From a virus (taxonomy: Duplodnaviria; Caudoviricetes), in IMG/VR virus record IMGVR_UViG_3300016476_000200, positions 1 to 43,799 of that record: a stretch of DNA of 43,799 nt. One strand, written 5' to 3'. The notes beneath the pieces are model-generated. The model was not told the DNA's origin. It was given only the letters and a program-made list of their open reading frames with translations, and searched no databases. Below are positions 7,450-16,038 of the stretch, piece by piece (the first letter of the stretch is position 1; each line of letters starts with the position of its first letter). The position numbers and the translations under genes were made by a program.

Positions 7450-7638
7450 ATGTCCTACTCAAACGCTCTGGAATACCTTGAATCAAAACTCAAGGACGAG
7501 CGCACATTAATTGTAGATAACCTCGTTCAAGGCAAATTGGACGAAGGCGAATACAAACGCCTATGCGGGGCGTTACAGGGTCTCGACCTCGCAATGGGAT
7601 ACATCAAAGACCTTGCAAAGCGAATAGAGGAAGCATGA
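7450..7638 (+). CDS. Small hypothetical protein (62 aa) between portal and GroES
   Basis: GAGGAG SD, helical composition, ATGA overlap with the next gene. Confidence 0.75.
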   Translation: MSYSNALEYLESKLKDERTLIVDNLVQGKLDEGEYKRLCGALQGLDLAMGYIKDLAKRIEEA

Positions 7639-8012
7639 GTAACATCAATGTTGAGAGGACACAGGAAGAAGCCAAGAAAGCCAGCCTACTGCCCGAACCC
7701 CGAGGATATCGAATCCTTTGTGCTGTACCGCACGTGGAGGAAGAGTTTGAGGGAGGCATTATTAAGGCCGACGACACCAAGCGCGTTGAAGAGCAGACCA
7801 CTGTAGTTCTGTTCGTCATCAAGTTGGGCGATCTTTGCTACAAGGACGAGACTCGGTTTCCAACCGGACCTTGGTGTAAAGAGGGCGACTTTGTCCTTAC
7901 CCGTCCGTACACGGGGACTCGCGTGGTCATCCACGGCCGAGAGTTCCGCATCATCAACGACGACAATGTGGAAGCGGTGGTCGATGACCCCCGTGGCATC
8001 CGTCGCGCATAA
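7635..8012 (+). CDS. GroES/Cpn10-like co-chaperonin
   Basis: Start reassigned to ATG 7635 (GAGG SD). Motifs PxGYRIL, GGII mobile-loop segment, KEGDFV, and FRIINDDNVEAVV C-terminus typical of Cpn10. Confidence 0.85.
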   Translation: MSNINVERTQEEAKKASLLPEPRGYRILCAVPHVEEEFEGGIIKADDTKRVEEQTTVVLFVIKLGDLCYKDETRFPTGPWCKEGDFVLTRPYTGTRVVIHGREFRIINDDNVEAVVDDPRGIRRA

Positions 8013-8022
8013 GGAGTAACAA

Positions 8023-8973
8023 ATGGCTAATGAAGAATACAAATTTCCGGACGAGGTAGAGGCAAAAGCCGAAGCCGCCCCGGAACCAGAATTCAATATT
8101 GAGATTGAAGACGACACCCCGCCAGAAGACCGGGGTCGTGTACCGCTGCCGAAAGAGGTAGTGGACGAACTGGATAAGGACGACCTTGAGGAATACTCCG
8201 AGAAGGTCAAGAAGCGTCTCTCCCAGATGAAAAAGGTCTGGCACGACGAGCGTCGTGAAAAGGAGCGTGCTTTCCGTGAACGAGAAGAAGCTTTACGGTT
8301 TGCTCAACTTCGTGAACAGGAAATTAAGCAACTTAAGAGTCGTCTTGGTAACGGTGAAAAGGCGTATATCCAAGAGGTCACTAAGTCGGCCAACAGTGAA
8401 TTAGCGTTAGCTAAAGATAAACTTAAGCAGGCATATGAATCCGGAGACCCCGGTCTTATCGCTGATGCTCAGGAAATGCTGACCGACGCTAAGCTCAAGG
8501 TTAAGCAATACGAAAATTTCCGACCCTCTTTACAAGAAGAGGAATCAGTAGTACAACCAACACAACAGTACCAAGTGCCCACGGCATCTCAGTCAAGCGT
8601 CGACCCAAAAGCCGAAGCTTGGAAAGATAAAAATCCGTGGTTTGGCACAGACGAGGAGATGACCGCCCTCGCTTTGGGACTGCACGAAAAATTGGTCCGG
8701 TCTGGAGTCGATCCGCGTAGCGACGAATACTACGACCGAGTTAACGCGACGATGAGGAAGCGATTCCCCGATTATTTCGAGGAGGAGCAACCTCAAACGA
8801 AGCAGGAAGAGAAGCCTGCTCGCACAAAGCCAGCCAATGTAGTGGCTCCGGTTACGCGGTCATCCGCGCCACGTCAGATTCGTCTGACGCCGACACAGGT
8901 CATGCTTGCTAAGAAGCTTGGTCTGAGTAATGAGCAGTATGCCCGTGAACTTATGAAATTGGAGAGCAACTAA
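8023..8973 (+). CDS. Probable capsid scaffolding protein
   Basis: Acidic N-terminus, coiled coil, W..KNPWFG motif, and C-terminal helix (AKKLGLSNEQYARE); upstream of the capsid genes. Confidence 0.7.
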   Translation: MANEEYKFPDEVEAKAEAAPEPEFNIEIEDDTPPEDRGRVPLPKEVVDELDKDDLEEYSEKVKKRLSQMKKVWHDERREKERAFREREEALRFAQLREQEIKQLKSRLGNGEKAYIQEVTKSANSELALAKDKLKQAYESGDPGLIADAQEMLTDAKLKVKQYENFRPSLQEEESVVQPTQQYQVPTASQSSVDPKAEAWKDKNPWFGTDEEMTALALGLHEKLVRSGVDPRSDEYYDRVNATMRKRFPDYFEEEQPQTKQEEKPARTKPANVVAPVTRSSAPRQIRLTPTQVMLAKKLGLSNEQYARELMKLESN

Positions 8974-8974
8974 A

Positions 8975-9424
8975 ATGGCTGAAAACAGACTCGCACGCGA
9001 ACTCGAAAATCGGGAATCAGCGCAGCGCACGAAGACTTGGACTCCCCCTCAGACGCTTCCGGCCCCAAATCCGCAGCCGGGGTGGGTGTTCCGATATATC
9101 CGGACCAGTACTATGGGTGTCGCAGACCCACAGAATACCTCCGCAAAGTTCCGTGAAGGTTGGGAGCCTGTAAAGGCCGAAGATCATCCGGAGTTGATGC
9201 ATCATGCCGATCCGAATTCCAAATTTAAGGGGAATATCGAGATCGGTGGCCTGTTGTTGTGTAAGGCACCGGAAGAGCTAATGAAGCAGCGTGATGACTA
9301 TTACGCCATGCAAGCAAAGGCTCAACTCCAGTCCGTAGACAATAACTTTATGAGGCTGAACGACGAGCGTATGCCCCTCTTCAGTGAGAAGAAGACCACG
9401 GTCTCGTTCGGCAAGGGTAAATAA
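8975..9424 (+). CDS. Head-module hypothetical protein (149 aa)
   Basis: Clean ORF in the operon with GGAG SD and a REGWEPV motif. Confidence 0.8.
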   Translation: MAENRLARELENRESAQRTKTWTPPQTLPAPNPQPGWVFRYIRTSTMGVADPQNTSAKFREGWEPVKAEDHPELMHHADPNSKFKGNIEIGGLLLCKAPEELMKQRDDYYAMQAKAQLQSVDNNFMRLNDERMPLFSEKKTTVSFGKGK

Positions 9425-9441
9425 CTTTTTTGGAGTGACAA

Positions 9442-10101
9442 ATGGCATATCCTACTGTTGACAAGCCGTATGGCTTGAAGCCGATCAACCTGATCGGCGG
9501 GCAGGTGTTTGCCGGTTCGACCCGTCAGCGTCGTATTGCCTCCGGTGCTTCCAGCATCGGTTACGGCGACCCGCTGCAGTTCGCATCGGACGGCACCGTT
9601 GAAGTAACGACCGCCACGACGTTGGCCCCTGTCACCGGTTTTGCCGGTGTGTTTTTGGGCTGCACGTTCGTATCCTCTGTGACGGGTCAGCCGACCTACT
9701 CGCAGTCTTGGATTTCGGGCACTTCGGTCAAGGCCAATACGTATATTACTGCGTACGTGGTCGATGATCCGGACACCCTGTTCAAGGCTGTTGGTGTGAC
9801 GGCTTCGCTCGTCGTTTCCACCACGGGTGGTTTCACGTATTCAAACGTTGGCAACAACGTGGCTCTCGTAGCCAATACGCTGAACACCACGACTGGTGAT
9901 TCGCAGCAGGGTCTGTTGGTCTCGTCGGCCAGCACCACGTTGTCGTTGCCGATCCGCATCGTTGATGTGGTTGAGGACACGGCGTTTGTTTCGAGCGGTA
10001 CCGTTTATTACCCCGAAGTCATCGTTAAGTTCAACGCTCCGTACGTGAACTCCGGTGTCATCGAGGGCGGTCACGCTTACAACAACCCGACTGGCGTTTA
10101 A
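9442..10101 (+). CDS. Probable capsid decoration/cement protein
   Basis: Beta-rich, T/S/V/G-rich, immediately before the major capsid gene. Confidence 0.6.
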   Translation: MAYPTVDKPYGLKPINLIGGQVFAGSTRQRRIASGASSIGYGDPLQFASDGTVEVTTATTLAPVTGFAGVFLGCTFVSSVTGQPTYSQSWISGTSVKANTYITAYVVDDPDTLFKAVGVTASLVVSTTGGFTYSNVGNNVALVANTLNTTTGDSQQGLLVSSASTTLSLPIRIVDVVEDTAFVSSGTVYYPEVIVKFNAPYVNSGVIEGGHAYNNPTGV

Positions 10102-10118
10102 TAGGGGAGTTCTAAGAA

Positions 10119-11027
10119 ATGGCTATTTCACGTGCACAATTACTCAAAGAGCTCCTTCCGGGTTTGAACGCCCTGTTCGGCCTTGAGTACAAGACCTACG
10201 GTGAGGAGCACAAGGAGATCTACGAAACTGAGACCTCCGAGCGTTCCTTTGAAGAAGAAACGAAGCTGAGCGGATTCTCCGCTGCCCCGGTGAAAGCCGA
10301 AGGTGCCGCCATTGCGTATGACAACGCGCAGGAAGCTTGGACGGCTCGTTACAACCACGAGACCATCGCTCTCGGCTTCTCCATCACGGAAGAAGCGGTT
10401 GAAGACAACCTGTACGACTCGCTCAGCAAGCGTTATACGAAGGCTCTTGCTCGCGCTATGGCGTACACGAAACAGGTCAAGGCGGCTTCGGTCCTTAACA
10501 ATGGCTTCTCCTCGTCCTACACGGGCGGTGACGGTCAGCCGTTGTTCTCGGCCAGCCATCCGCTTGTCTCGGGCGGTACCAACAGCAACCGTTTGACGGC
10601 CTCGGATCTCAACGAAACCTCGTTGGAAGCGGCTGTCATTCAGATCGCTGGTTGGACCGACGAGCGTGGCCTCTTGATTGCGGCCAAGCCCGGTAAGCTC
10701 ATTGTGCCCCCGGCGCTGATGTTCACTGCCAAGCGTCTTCTCGACACGGAACTCCGTGTTGCGACCGCTGACAACGACATCAACGCTCTCAAGGCAATGG
10801 GTTCGATCCCCGGTGGCTACACCGTGAACCACTTCTTGACCGACACGAACGCTTGGTTCCTTACGACCGACGTTCCGAACGGCATGAAGCACTTCGTACG
10901 TACCCCGCTGCAAAACAGCATGGACGGCGATTTCGACACCGGCAACGTCCGGTACAAGAGCCGCGAGCGTTATAGCTTCGGCTGGTCGGATCCGCTGGGC
11001 ATGTTCGGTTCGCCGGGCGCGTCCTAA
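10119..11027 (+). CDS. Major capsid protein (HK97 fold, Mu gpT-like)
   Basis: 302 aa starting MAISRAQLLKELLPGLNALFG and ending RERYSFGWSDP; strong codon bias; followed by a terminator. Confidence 0.9.
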   Translation: MAISRAQLLKELLPGLNALFGLEYKTYGEEHKEIYETETSERSFEEETKLSGFSAAPVKAEGAAIAYDNAQEAWTARYNHETIALGFSITEEAVEDNLYDSLSKRYTKALARAMAYTKQVKAASVLNNGFSSSYTGGDGQPLFSASHPLVSGGTNSNRLTASDLNETSLEAAVIQIAGWTDERGLLIAAKPGKLIVPPALMFTAKRLLDTELRVATADNDINALKAMGSIPGGYTVNHFLTDTNAWFLTTDVPNGMKHFVRTPLQNSMDGDFDTGNVRYKSRERYSFGWSDPLGMFGSPGAS

Positions 11028-11053
11028 TAGGTTGATGGCGACCTAGAGAGATT

Positions 11054-11093
11054 GGGGGGTTACAAGTAGCAATGCTTGTAGCCCCTCTTTTTT
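11054..11093 (+). terminator. Rho-independent terminator after the capsid gene
   Basis: GGGGGGTTACAAGTA-GCAA-TGCTTGTAGCCCCTC followed by TTTTTT. Confidence 0.85.
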
Positions 11094-11110
11094 AGTGATA
11101 TACAGTCGTT

Positions 11111-11185
11111 CATCGGGAATAACAGGTTTATCAGACAGACCCGACTGACGACATGCAGACTGATAAACCTACTCGCATGTGAGGA
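11111..11185 (+). ncRNA. Structured pseudoknotted RNA element downstream of the capsid gene (candidate Mu-gpT-DE motif)
   Basis: 11-bp stem 11124-11134 / 11160-11170. Loop CCCGA (11140-44) pairs with TCGGG (11113-17), and loop ACATGC (11151-56) pairs with GCATGT (11175-80). The position fits the described Mu-gpT downstream element; the name is from recall and was not checked. Confidence 0.6.
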
Positions 11186-11191
11186 TTTGAA

Positions 11192-11425
11192 ATGGCACGT
11201 ACAACTTTCTCCGGCCCGGTTGCCTCTGATAACGGCTTCATCGGCGCTATTGATTCCGTTTCCGCTACGATCACCAATCTGACCTGCACGACTCTGACCA
11301 TCGGCAGCACCAAGCTGACCACGGGTTCGGTCTCGGGCACGGTTTCAGTTCAGACCGGTCGCATCCCGGTTCTTGTCGGTAGCACCACGCTCTACATCGG
11401 TTTGTACGCCAGTCTGGTTCCGTAA
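11192..11425 (+). CDS. Small virion protein (77 aa), possible head fibre/decoration
   Basis: GAGGA SD; MARTTFSGPV N-terminus; T/S/G-rich. Confidence 0.75.
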   Translation: MARTTFSGPVASDNGFIGAIDSVSATITNLTCTTLTIGSTKLTTGSVSGTVSVQTGRIPVLVGSTTLYIGLYASLVP

Positions 11426-11431
11426 GATTTC

Positions 11432-11456
11432 GTGGGGGGGCGTAAGCCCCCTTCAT
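11432..11456 (+). other. GNRA-tetraloop hairpin
   Basis: GGGGGGGC-GTAA-GCCCCCTT, intergenic, with no clear U-tract. Confidence 0.5.
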
Positions 11457-11475
11457 CCATTACAGGAGACTCAGA

Positions 11476-11781
11476 ATGGGTATGCAAACAGATGTCTTAG
11501 CTAGTAAGCCCCGTACAGATGCGGGGCAGCTACTAGACCAGAATAGCCTCGTCATTGGCCGCTGCCGCGTTAAGGCGATTTATATCGTCCCCGATGCCGC
11601 CGCTGGCGAAGTTGTGTTCAAGGACGGCGGCTCGGGTGGTCCGATCAAAATCACGGTCAACACTCTTGCTTCCTCCACCACCCCGGACTACATGCTGATC
11701 CCCGGTGAAGGTCTTCTCTTTCAAGAGAACATCTACATCGCTCCGTCAAGTGTAGTCTCGACGATGGTGATCTATGGCTAA
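11476..11781 (+). CDS. Small beta-rich virion protein (101 aa)
   Basis: AGGAG SD; IPGEGLLF motif; lies in the structural operon. Confidence 0.75.
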   Translation: MGMQTDVLASKPRTDAGQLLDQNSLVIGRCRVKAIYIVPDAAAGEVVFKDGGSGGPIKITVNTLASSTTPDYMLIPGEGLLFQENIYIAPSSVVSTMVIYG

Positions 11782-12028
11782 AACTCCGGCTTGGCAGCGT
11801 GCCGAAGGCAAGAATCCCAAAGGGGGTTTGAACGCCAAAGGCCGTGCATCCTATAACCGGGCTAATCCCGGCAAGCCGGGGTTGAAGGCTCCGCAGCCTG
11901 AAGGTGGCCCTCGCAAGAAATCATTCTGCGCGAGGATGTCGGGGATGAAAAAGAAACTGACAAGCGCCAAGACTGCGAATGATCCCAACTCCCGTATCAA
12001 CAAGTCCCTCAGAGCATGGAAGTGCTGA
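11774..12028 (+). CDS. Small basic protein (84 aa), possibly DUF6321-like
   Basis: K/R-rich with GGLNAKGRASYN, RKKSFCARM and W-K-C end. Family name from recall. Confidence 0.7.
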   Translation: MAKTPAWQRAEGKNPKGGLNAKGRASYNRANPGKPGLKAPQPEGGPRKKSFCARMSGMKKKLTSAKTANDPNSRINKSLRAWKC

Positions 12029-12029
12029 T

Positions 12030-12266
12030 ATGGAAATGGTGGTTTGGAACATGGTTCTCACGGGAATCGTGGCTATTTTGGGCTTTGTCGTGAAAGAGAA
12101 GTTTGAAGAACTCAAGCGTCTCGGCATCCTGCTCAACAGGACACGCGAAGAAGTCGCCAGAGATCACGTAACCCGTGCTGAAGTACGAGCGGATGCACAA
12201 CAACTGCTTGACCGGCTTGACCGGTTAGAGCAGAAAATCGACAGATTGGTGAGTCATGCCAAGTAA
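12030..12266 (+). CDS. Membrane-anchored coiled-coil protein (78 aa)
   Basis: Start reassigned to ATG 12030; N-terminal hydrophobic helix then heptads (LDRLDRLEQKIDRL). Confidence 0.75.
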   Translation: MEMVVWNMVLTGIVAILGFVVKEKFEELKRLGILLNRTREEVARDHVTRAEVRADAQQLLDRLDRLEQKIDRLVSHAK

Positions 12267-12405
12267 ATCCGGCAAACAACACCGTTTGATGGCTTTGGTT
12301 GCTAATGACCCGAAAGCAGCCAAACGATTGGGCGTTCCCCAGAAAGTGGGGAAAGAGTTCATGAAGGCTGACAAGGGTCGCAAATTCAAAGGTAAATCCA
12401 AATGA
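12256..12405 (+). CDS. Small basic protein (49 aa) MPSKSGKQHRLMALVANDPKAAKRLGVPQKVGKEFMKADKGRKFKGKSK
   Basis: Not in the ORF track. Fills the gap between its neighbours and overlaps the next ATG (ATGA). Confidence 0.75.
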   Translation: MPSKSGKQHRLMALVANDPKAAKRLGVPQKVGKEFMKADKGRKFKGKSK

Positions 12406-12635
12406 AAGAGTCCAAGGCGATGATGAAGAAAGAAGTGTCCTTCATGAAGAAGAAGGGCGCTCCGAAGTCAATGATCAAGCATGAAATGAAAGAAGCCGGA
12501 ATGAAGAAGATGCGAATGGGCGGTATGGCCTATTCCAACGGCGGTTCGGCATCTAGCCGTGCTGATGGCGTTGCCAAGAAAGGCAAGACCAAGGGCAAGA
12601 TGGTCAAGATGCGTATGGGTGGTTCCTGTGGCTAA
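12402..12635 (+). CDS. Small K/M-rich basic protein with [MFY]xxGG motifs
   Basis: MRMGG twice, YSNGG, and the SASSRADGVAKKGKTKGKMV module. Confidence 0.8.
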   Translation: MKESKAMMKKEVSFMKKKGAPKSMIKHEMKEAGMKKMRMGGMAYSNGGSASSRADGVAKKGKTKGKMVKMRMGGSCG

Positions 12636-12969
12636 TCAACTTCCTAAAGGCCCCCAAGGTCCGCGCCGCTATCCCGGTCAAAACGAAGCTGCTCAAAAGC
12701 AACGCGATGCTATGCAGGCCGTTAAGAATCAGGACATGGCTAAGAAAATGCGTGAGGCTTACGAGAACTTTCAAAAAAGTCCCGAGGCTGACACTGTTGG
12801 CATGAAGGGAGGTGGTATGCCCGACTTGACCGGCGACGGTAAGGTAACTCGCGCTGATGTTCTCAAGGGCCGTGGCGTGTTTAAGAAGGGCGGTGCTGTT
12901 AAATCTTCCGCTTCCAAGCGTGCTGATGGCTGCGCTGTCCGTGGCAAGACTCGCGGGAAGATGGTCTGA
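12628..12969 (+). CDS. Small basic protein with DLTGDGKVT loop and [MF]xxGG motifs
   Basis: Likely GTG start at 12628. MKGGG, FKKGG, EF-hand-like DLTGDGKVTRAD, and C-terminal SASKRADGCAVRGKTRGKMV. Confidence 0.75.
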   Translation: MANQLPKGPQGPRRYPGQNEAAQKQRDAMQAVKNQDMAKKMREAYENFQKSPEADTVGMKGGGMPDLTGDGKVTRADVLKGRGVFKKGGAVKSSASKRADGCAVRGKTRGKMV

Positions 12970-13265
12970 TGATGGCCTCTCGCGGAATGGGTGCAGTTAA
13001 CCCGAAGAAGATCCCCCGTGCTAAACGCCGGGGGGATTCTAAGCCTGTTGAGGGCACGGGCAAACCCATCCGCACCTTTAAGAAAGGTGGCGAGTCCAAG
13101 GTCAATCAGGCTGGCAACTACACCAAGCCCGGTATGCGTAAGAAGTTGTTTGAGTCAATCAAGGCTTCGGCTACGCAGGGTACGGCGGCAGGTCAGTGGT
13201 CGGCTCGCAAGGCGCAGTTACTAGCCAAGCGGTACAAGGAGAAGGGCGGTGGATACCGAGACTGA
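12969..13265 (+). CDS. Small basic protein (98 aa), DUF5872-like N-terminal part
   Basis: FKKGG and GQWSARKAQLLAKRYKEKGGGY motifs. Family name from recall. Confidence 0.75.
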   Translation: MMASRGMGAVNPKKIPRAKRRGDSKPVEGTGKPIRTFKKGGESKVNQAGNYTKPGMRKKLFESIKASATQGTAAGQWSARKAQLLAKRYKEKGGGYRD

Positions 13266-13662
13266 TTTGGAGATGTTCAAAGCGAAAGTTCAGGCCGAAC
13301 TTAATCGGCTTGAAGCGCAGTCGTCTGCCAAAGATGTTGCCGGTAAAGCCATCGGCAAAGATGGCCTGAAATATATTACGGCTATCGTCGTAATCGGTGT
13401 TGTCTCCAGCCTTTTCTTGGACAACGACAAGATTGCTGCCGTGATGGGGCTGCTTGGCGCATCTCTAACTGCTTTGATCTCCATGCTGAATGGCATTGCA
13501 GGCACGGTTGAGAAAGAAGAGAAGCCCGAGTACGGGGTCATCAAGGAACTTATTGCTAAGTTGGATCGACTGGATCGCAAAGAGATGCCGATGCGGGTCG
13601 ATGTTGAGGGAGACCATGTTGTTGTCACCAAGGGTGACGATGTGGTGAAGGCAAGCCGATGA
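13249..13662 (+). CDS. Two-TM membrane protein (about 130-137 aa)
   Basis: Two hydrophobic segments (YITAIVVIGVVSSLFL; IAAVMGLLGASLTALISML); overlaps both neighbours. Confidence 0.75.
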   Translation: MDTETDLEMFKAKVQAELNRLEAQSSAKDVAGKAIGKDGLKYITAIVVIGVVSSLFLDNDKIAAVMGLLGASLTALISMLNGIAGTVEKEEKPEYGVIKELIAKLDRLDRKEMPMRVDVEGDHVVVTKGDDVVKASR

Positions 13663-13907
13663 AGGCTCCGCAACAGTCCCTGAAGGCGTGGACGGCGCAG
13701 AAGTGGAGAACGAAGAGTGGTAAACGATCTTCTGACACGGGCGAAAGGTATCTACCAGAGGCTGCGATCAAAGCTCTCAGCCCTGCTGAGTATGCCCGAA
13801 CCACTGCCGCCAAGCGAAAAGGTAAAGCCCAAGGCAAGCAGTTCGTCGCGCAGCCCAAGGGTATATCGCAAAAAACCCGTGCGTATCGTCAAAGGGGCAA
13901 AGGGTAA
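13659..13907 (+). CDS. Small basic protein (82 aa), DUF5872-like C-terminal part
   Basis: QQSLKAWTAQKWRTKSGK ... GERYLPEAA motifs; ATGA overlap. Confidence 0.75.
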   Translation: MKAPQQSLKAWTAQKWRTKSGKRSSDTGERYLPEAAIKALSPAEYARTTAAKRKGKAQGKQFVAQPKGISQKTRAYRQRGKG

Positions 13908-13911
13908 ATAA

Positions 13912-14637
13912 ATGGCCTACAAGACTACAGCAACGACGGACTTTAACCTTGATCTCAATACGATCATCGAAGAAGCTTTTGAGCGTTGTGGTGCTGAGTT
14001 GCGGACGGGTTACGACTTCCGTACCGCCAAGCGCAGTCTTGGTCTATTGCTCATGGACTGGGCAAACCGTGGTATTAACCTCTGGACGTTGGAGACCGGT
14101 ACCCAAACTCTGACGTATAACGTCGGTACGTACGACTTGCCGGTAGACACGGTTGACCTGCTTGACCATGTAATCCGTACCGGATCTGGGACGAACCAGC
14201 AGGACATCAATATCTCGCGTATTTCATCCAGTACCTACGTGTCGATTCCTAACAAGAATGCGACAGGTCGCCCCATTCAGATCTGGATTAATCGGCGTAC
14301 GGGCGCAACGGATGCAGCGGGGGCTATAGTCTATCCCCAGTTCACGGTATGGCCGAAGCCCGATAACAGCACGACTTGGACGTTGTTTTACACGCGCCTC
14401 GTTCGTATGACTGATCCCGGCACAGGCGTAAACGGTCAGGACATTCCGTTCCGCTTCCTGCCCTGTATGGTGGCAGGACTGTCTTACATGCTGTCGATGA
14501 AGATCCCCGGTGCGGAAGCCCGCACGCAGATACTGAAAGCTCAATACGACGAGGCTTGGGATCTGGCGGCTGGTGAAGACCGCGAAAAGGCGGCGGTGCG
14601 GTTTGTGCCACGTGAGAGTTTCTTGGGTGGTTACTAA
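13912..14637 (+). CDS. Head-tail adaptor / connector protein
   Basis: N-terminal helical segment (IIEEAFERCG ... WANRGINLW), GRP..W and VWPKPD motifs typical of podovirus adaptors. Confidence 0.65.
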   Translation: MAYKTTATTDFNLDLNTIIEEAFERCGAELRTGYDFRTAKRSLGLLLMDWANRGINLWTLETGTQTLTYNVGTYDLPVDTVDLLDHVIRTGSGTNQQDINISRISSSTYVSIPNKNATGRPIQIWINRRTGATDAAGAIVYPQFTVWPKPDNSTTWTLFYTRLVRMTDPGTGVNGQDIPFRFLPCMVAGLSYMLSMKIPGAEARTQILKAQYDEAWDLAAGEDREKAAVRFVPRESFLGGY

Positions 14638-15014
14638 TGCCAAACAGGTTTGCAAGTGGCAAACACGCTATCGCGATGTGCGACCGGTGTGGGTTTCAGT
14701 ACAAACTCCGCCAGTTGAAGTCGATAGTGATCAAGACCAAGAACGTGAATATCTTGGTCTGTCCGGAGTGCTGGGAGCCAGATCAGCCGCAGTTGTCGCT
14801 TGGTCTATACCCCGTGGACGACCCGCAGGCGTTGCGGAATCCAAGGCCGGATACGAGCTACTTTGCGGTGGGCAATGACGGTGCAAACGGTAGCCGTCAG
14901 ATACAATGGGGCTGGGCACCGGTAGGCGGGGCCAGAGCAGATGATGCAGGATTGACTCCAAACGACCTAGCGCCGCTTGGAGAAGTTGGGACGGTTACGG
15001 TCGTTACGACCTAG
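14637..15014 (+). CDS. Zn-ribbon-containing protein (125 aa)
   Basis: CDRC ... CPEC; TAATG overlap with the upstream gene. Confidence 0.75.
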   Translation: MPNRFASGKHAIAMCDRCGFQYKLRQLKSIVIKTKNVNILVCPECWEPDQPQLSLGLYPVDDPQALRNPRPDTSYFAVGNDGANGSRQIQWGWAPVGGARADDAGLTPNDLAPLGEVGTVTVVTT

Positions 15015-15023
15015 GAGACTGAG

Positions 15024-15206
15024 ATGAGCATTAAAGATATGCTGAAGGCGCATATGAAGAAGGGTAAGGGTGCTCACCCTGATCCGGCTGTTAAGAAAAT
15101 GCGTGCTGGCGGTAAAACCAACAGCGACATGAAGAAGTACGGTCGTGGCATGGCGAAGGTGATGAACCAGCGCAGCCCGATGCGTGGCTCTTCTGGCCCG
15201 AGGTAA
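15024..15206 (+). CDS. Small basic protein (60 aa) with an MRAGG motif
   Basis: AGGAG SD; K/M-rich. Confidence 0.75.
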   Translation: MSIKDMLKAHMKKGKGAHPDPAVKKMRAGGKTNSDMKKYGRGMAKVMNQRSPMRGSSGPR

Positions 15207-15211
15207 GTGCC

Positions 15212-15403
15212 ATGAAAGATATGGGCAAGATCAAGCCGAACACTGACTCGACGGGTCGCAACGGCTACCCTGAAAAGGATGTAAACAAGGGCGTCACCCA
15301 CATGGATATGAAGGGTGCCGGTGCTGCCACGAAGGGTAAGAAATTCGTGTCGCAGATCAACCTTGAGAACAACGCTAAGTATCGGTCGGGCTGGTCGCCG
15401 TGA
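15212..15403 (+). CDS. Small basic protein (63 aa)
   Basis: GAGG SD; KGAGAATKG motif; GTGA overlap with the next gene. Confidence 0.75.
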   Translation: MKDMGKIKPNTDSTGRNGYPEKDVNKGVTHMDMKGAGAATKGKKFVSQINLENNAKYRSGWSP

Positions 15404-16038
15404 ACTACTCTCAGCTTTCTACACTGATTCAGGACTACTGTGAGTCCACGGAGCAGAGCTTCGTGGCGAACATTCCTACGTTTGTGCAGTTAGCTGAAGA
15501 GCGGATCTACAACACGGTTCAACTCCCGGCCATTCGTAAGAACGTGACGGGCAGCACGAGCAACGGCAATCAGTATCTTACTCTGCCGTCTGATTGGCTC
15601 TCGACGTTCTCAATGGCCGTGATTGATCCGGTGACTCAGGACTACGAGTATCTGCTGAATAAGGATGTGAACTACATCCGTGCGGCGTACCCGCCTCCGA
15701 CCAGCACCGGTAAACCCGCGTATTACGCCATCTTCGATGACACAACGATGTTGCTCGGGCCAACACCTGATGCGGCGTATACGATTGAACTGCACTATTA
15801 CTACTACCCAGTATCCATCGTCACAGCGGGCACTTCTTGGCTCGGCAACAACTTTGAGACGGTGTTGTTGTATGGTTCTTTGCGCGAAGCCTATACGTAC
15901 TTGAAAGGCTCCGAAGACATGATGAACTACTACGAGCAGAAGTATCAGGAGTCGTTGGGTCAACTGAAACGTCTTGGTGATGGCTTGGATCGTCAGGATG
16001 CGTATCGTTCTGGTCAAGTTAGGATTCCGGTGACTTGA
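15400..16038 (+). CDS. Tail adaptor / tail tubular A-like protein
   Basis: GKPAYYA, LGPTPD and LLYGSLREA motifs; helical ends. Confidence 0.65.
   Translation: MNYSQLSTLIQDYCESTEQSFVANIPTFVQLAEERIYNTVQLPAIRKNVTGSTSNGNQYLTLPSDWLSTFSMAVIDPVTQDYEYLLNKDVNYIRAAYPPPTSTGKPAYYAIFDDTTMLLGPTPDAAYTIELHYYYYPVSIVTAGTSWLGNNFETVLLYGSLREAYTYLKGSEDMMNYYEQKYQESLGQLKRLGDGLDRQDAYRSGQVRIPVT

Noticed and set aside
10140-10913. 257-aa antisense ORF over the capsid gene (likewise 6535-7185, 31928-32914, 38778-39401)
   Set aside because: Typical antisense open frames of strongly codon-biased genes, without translation signals.
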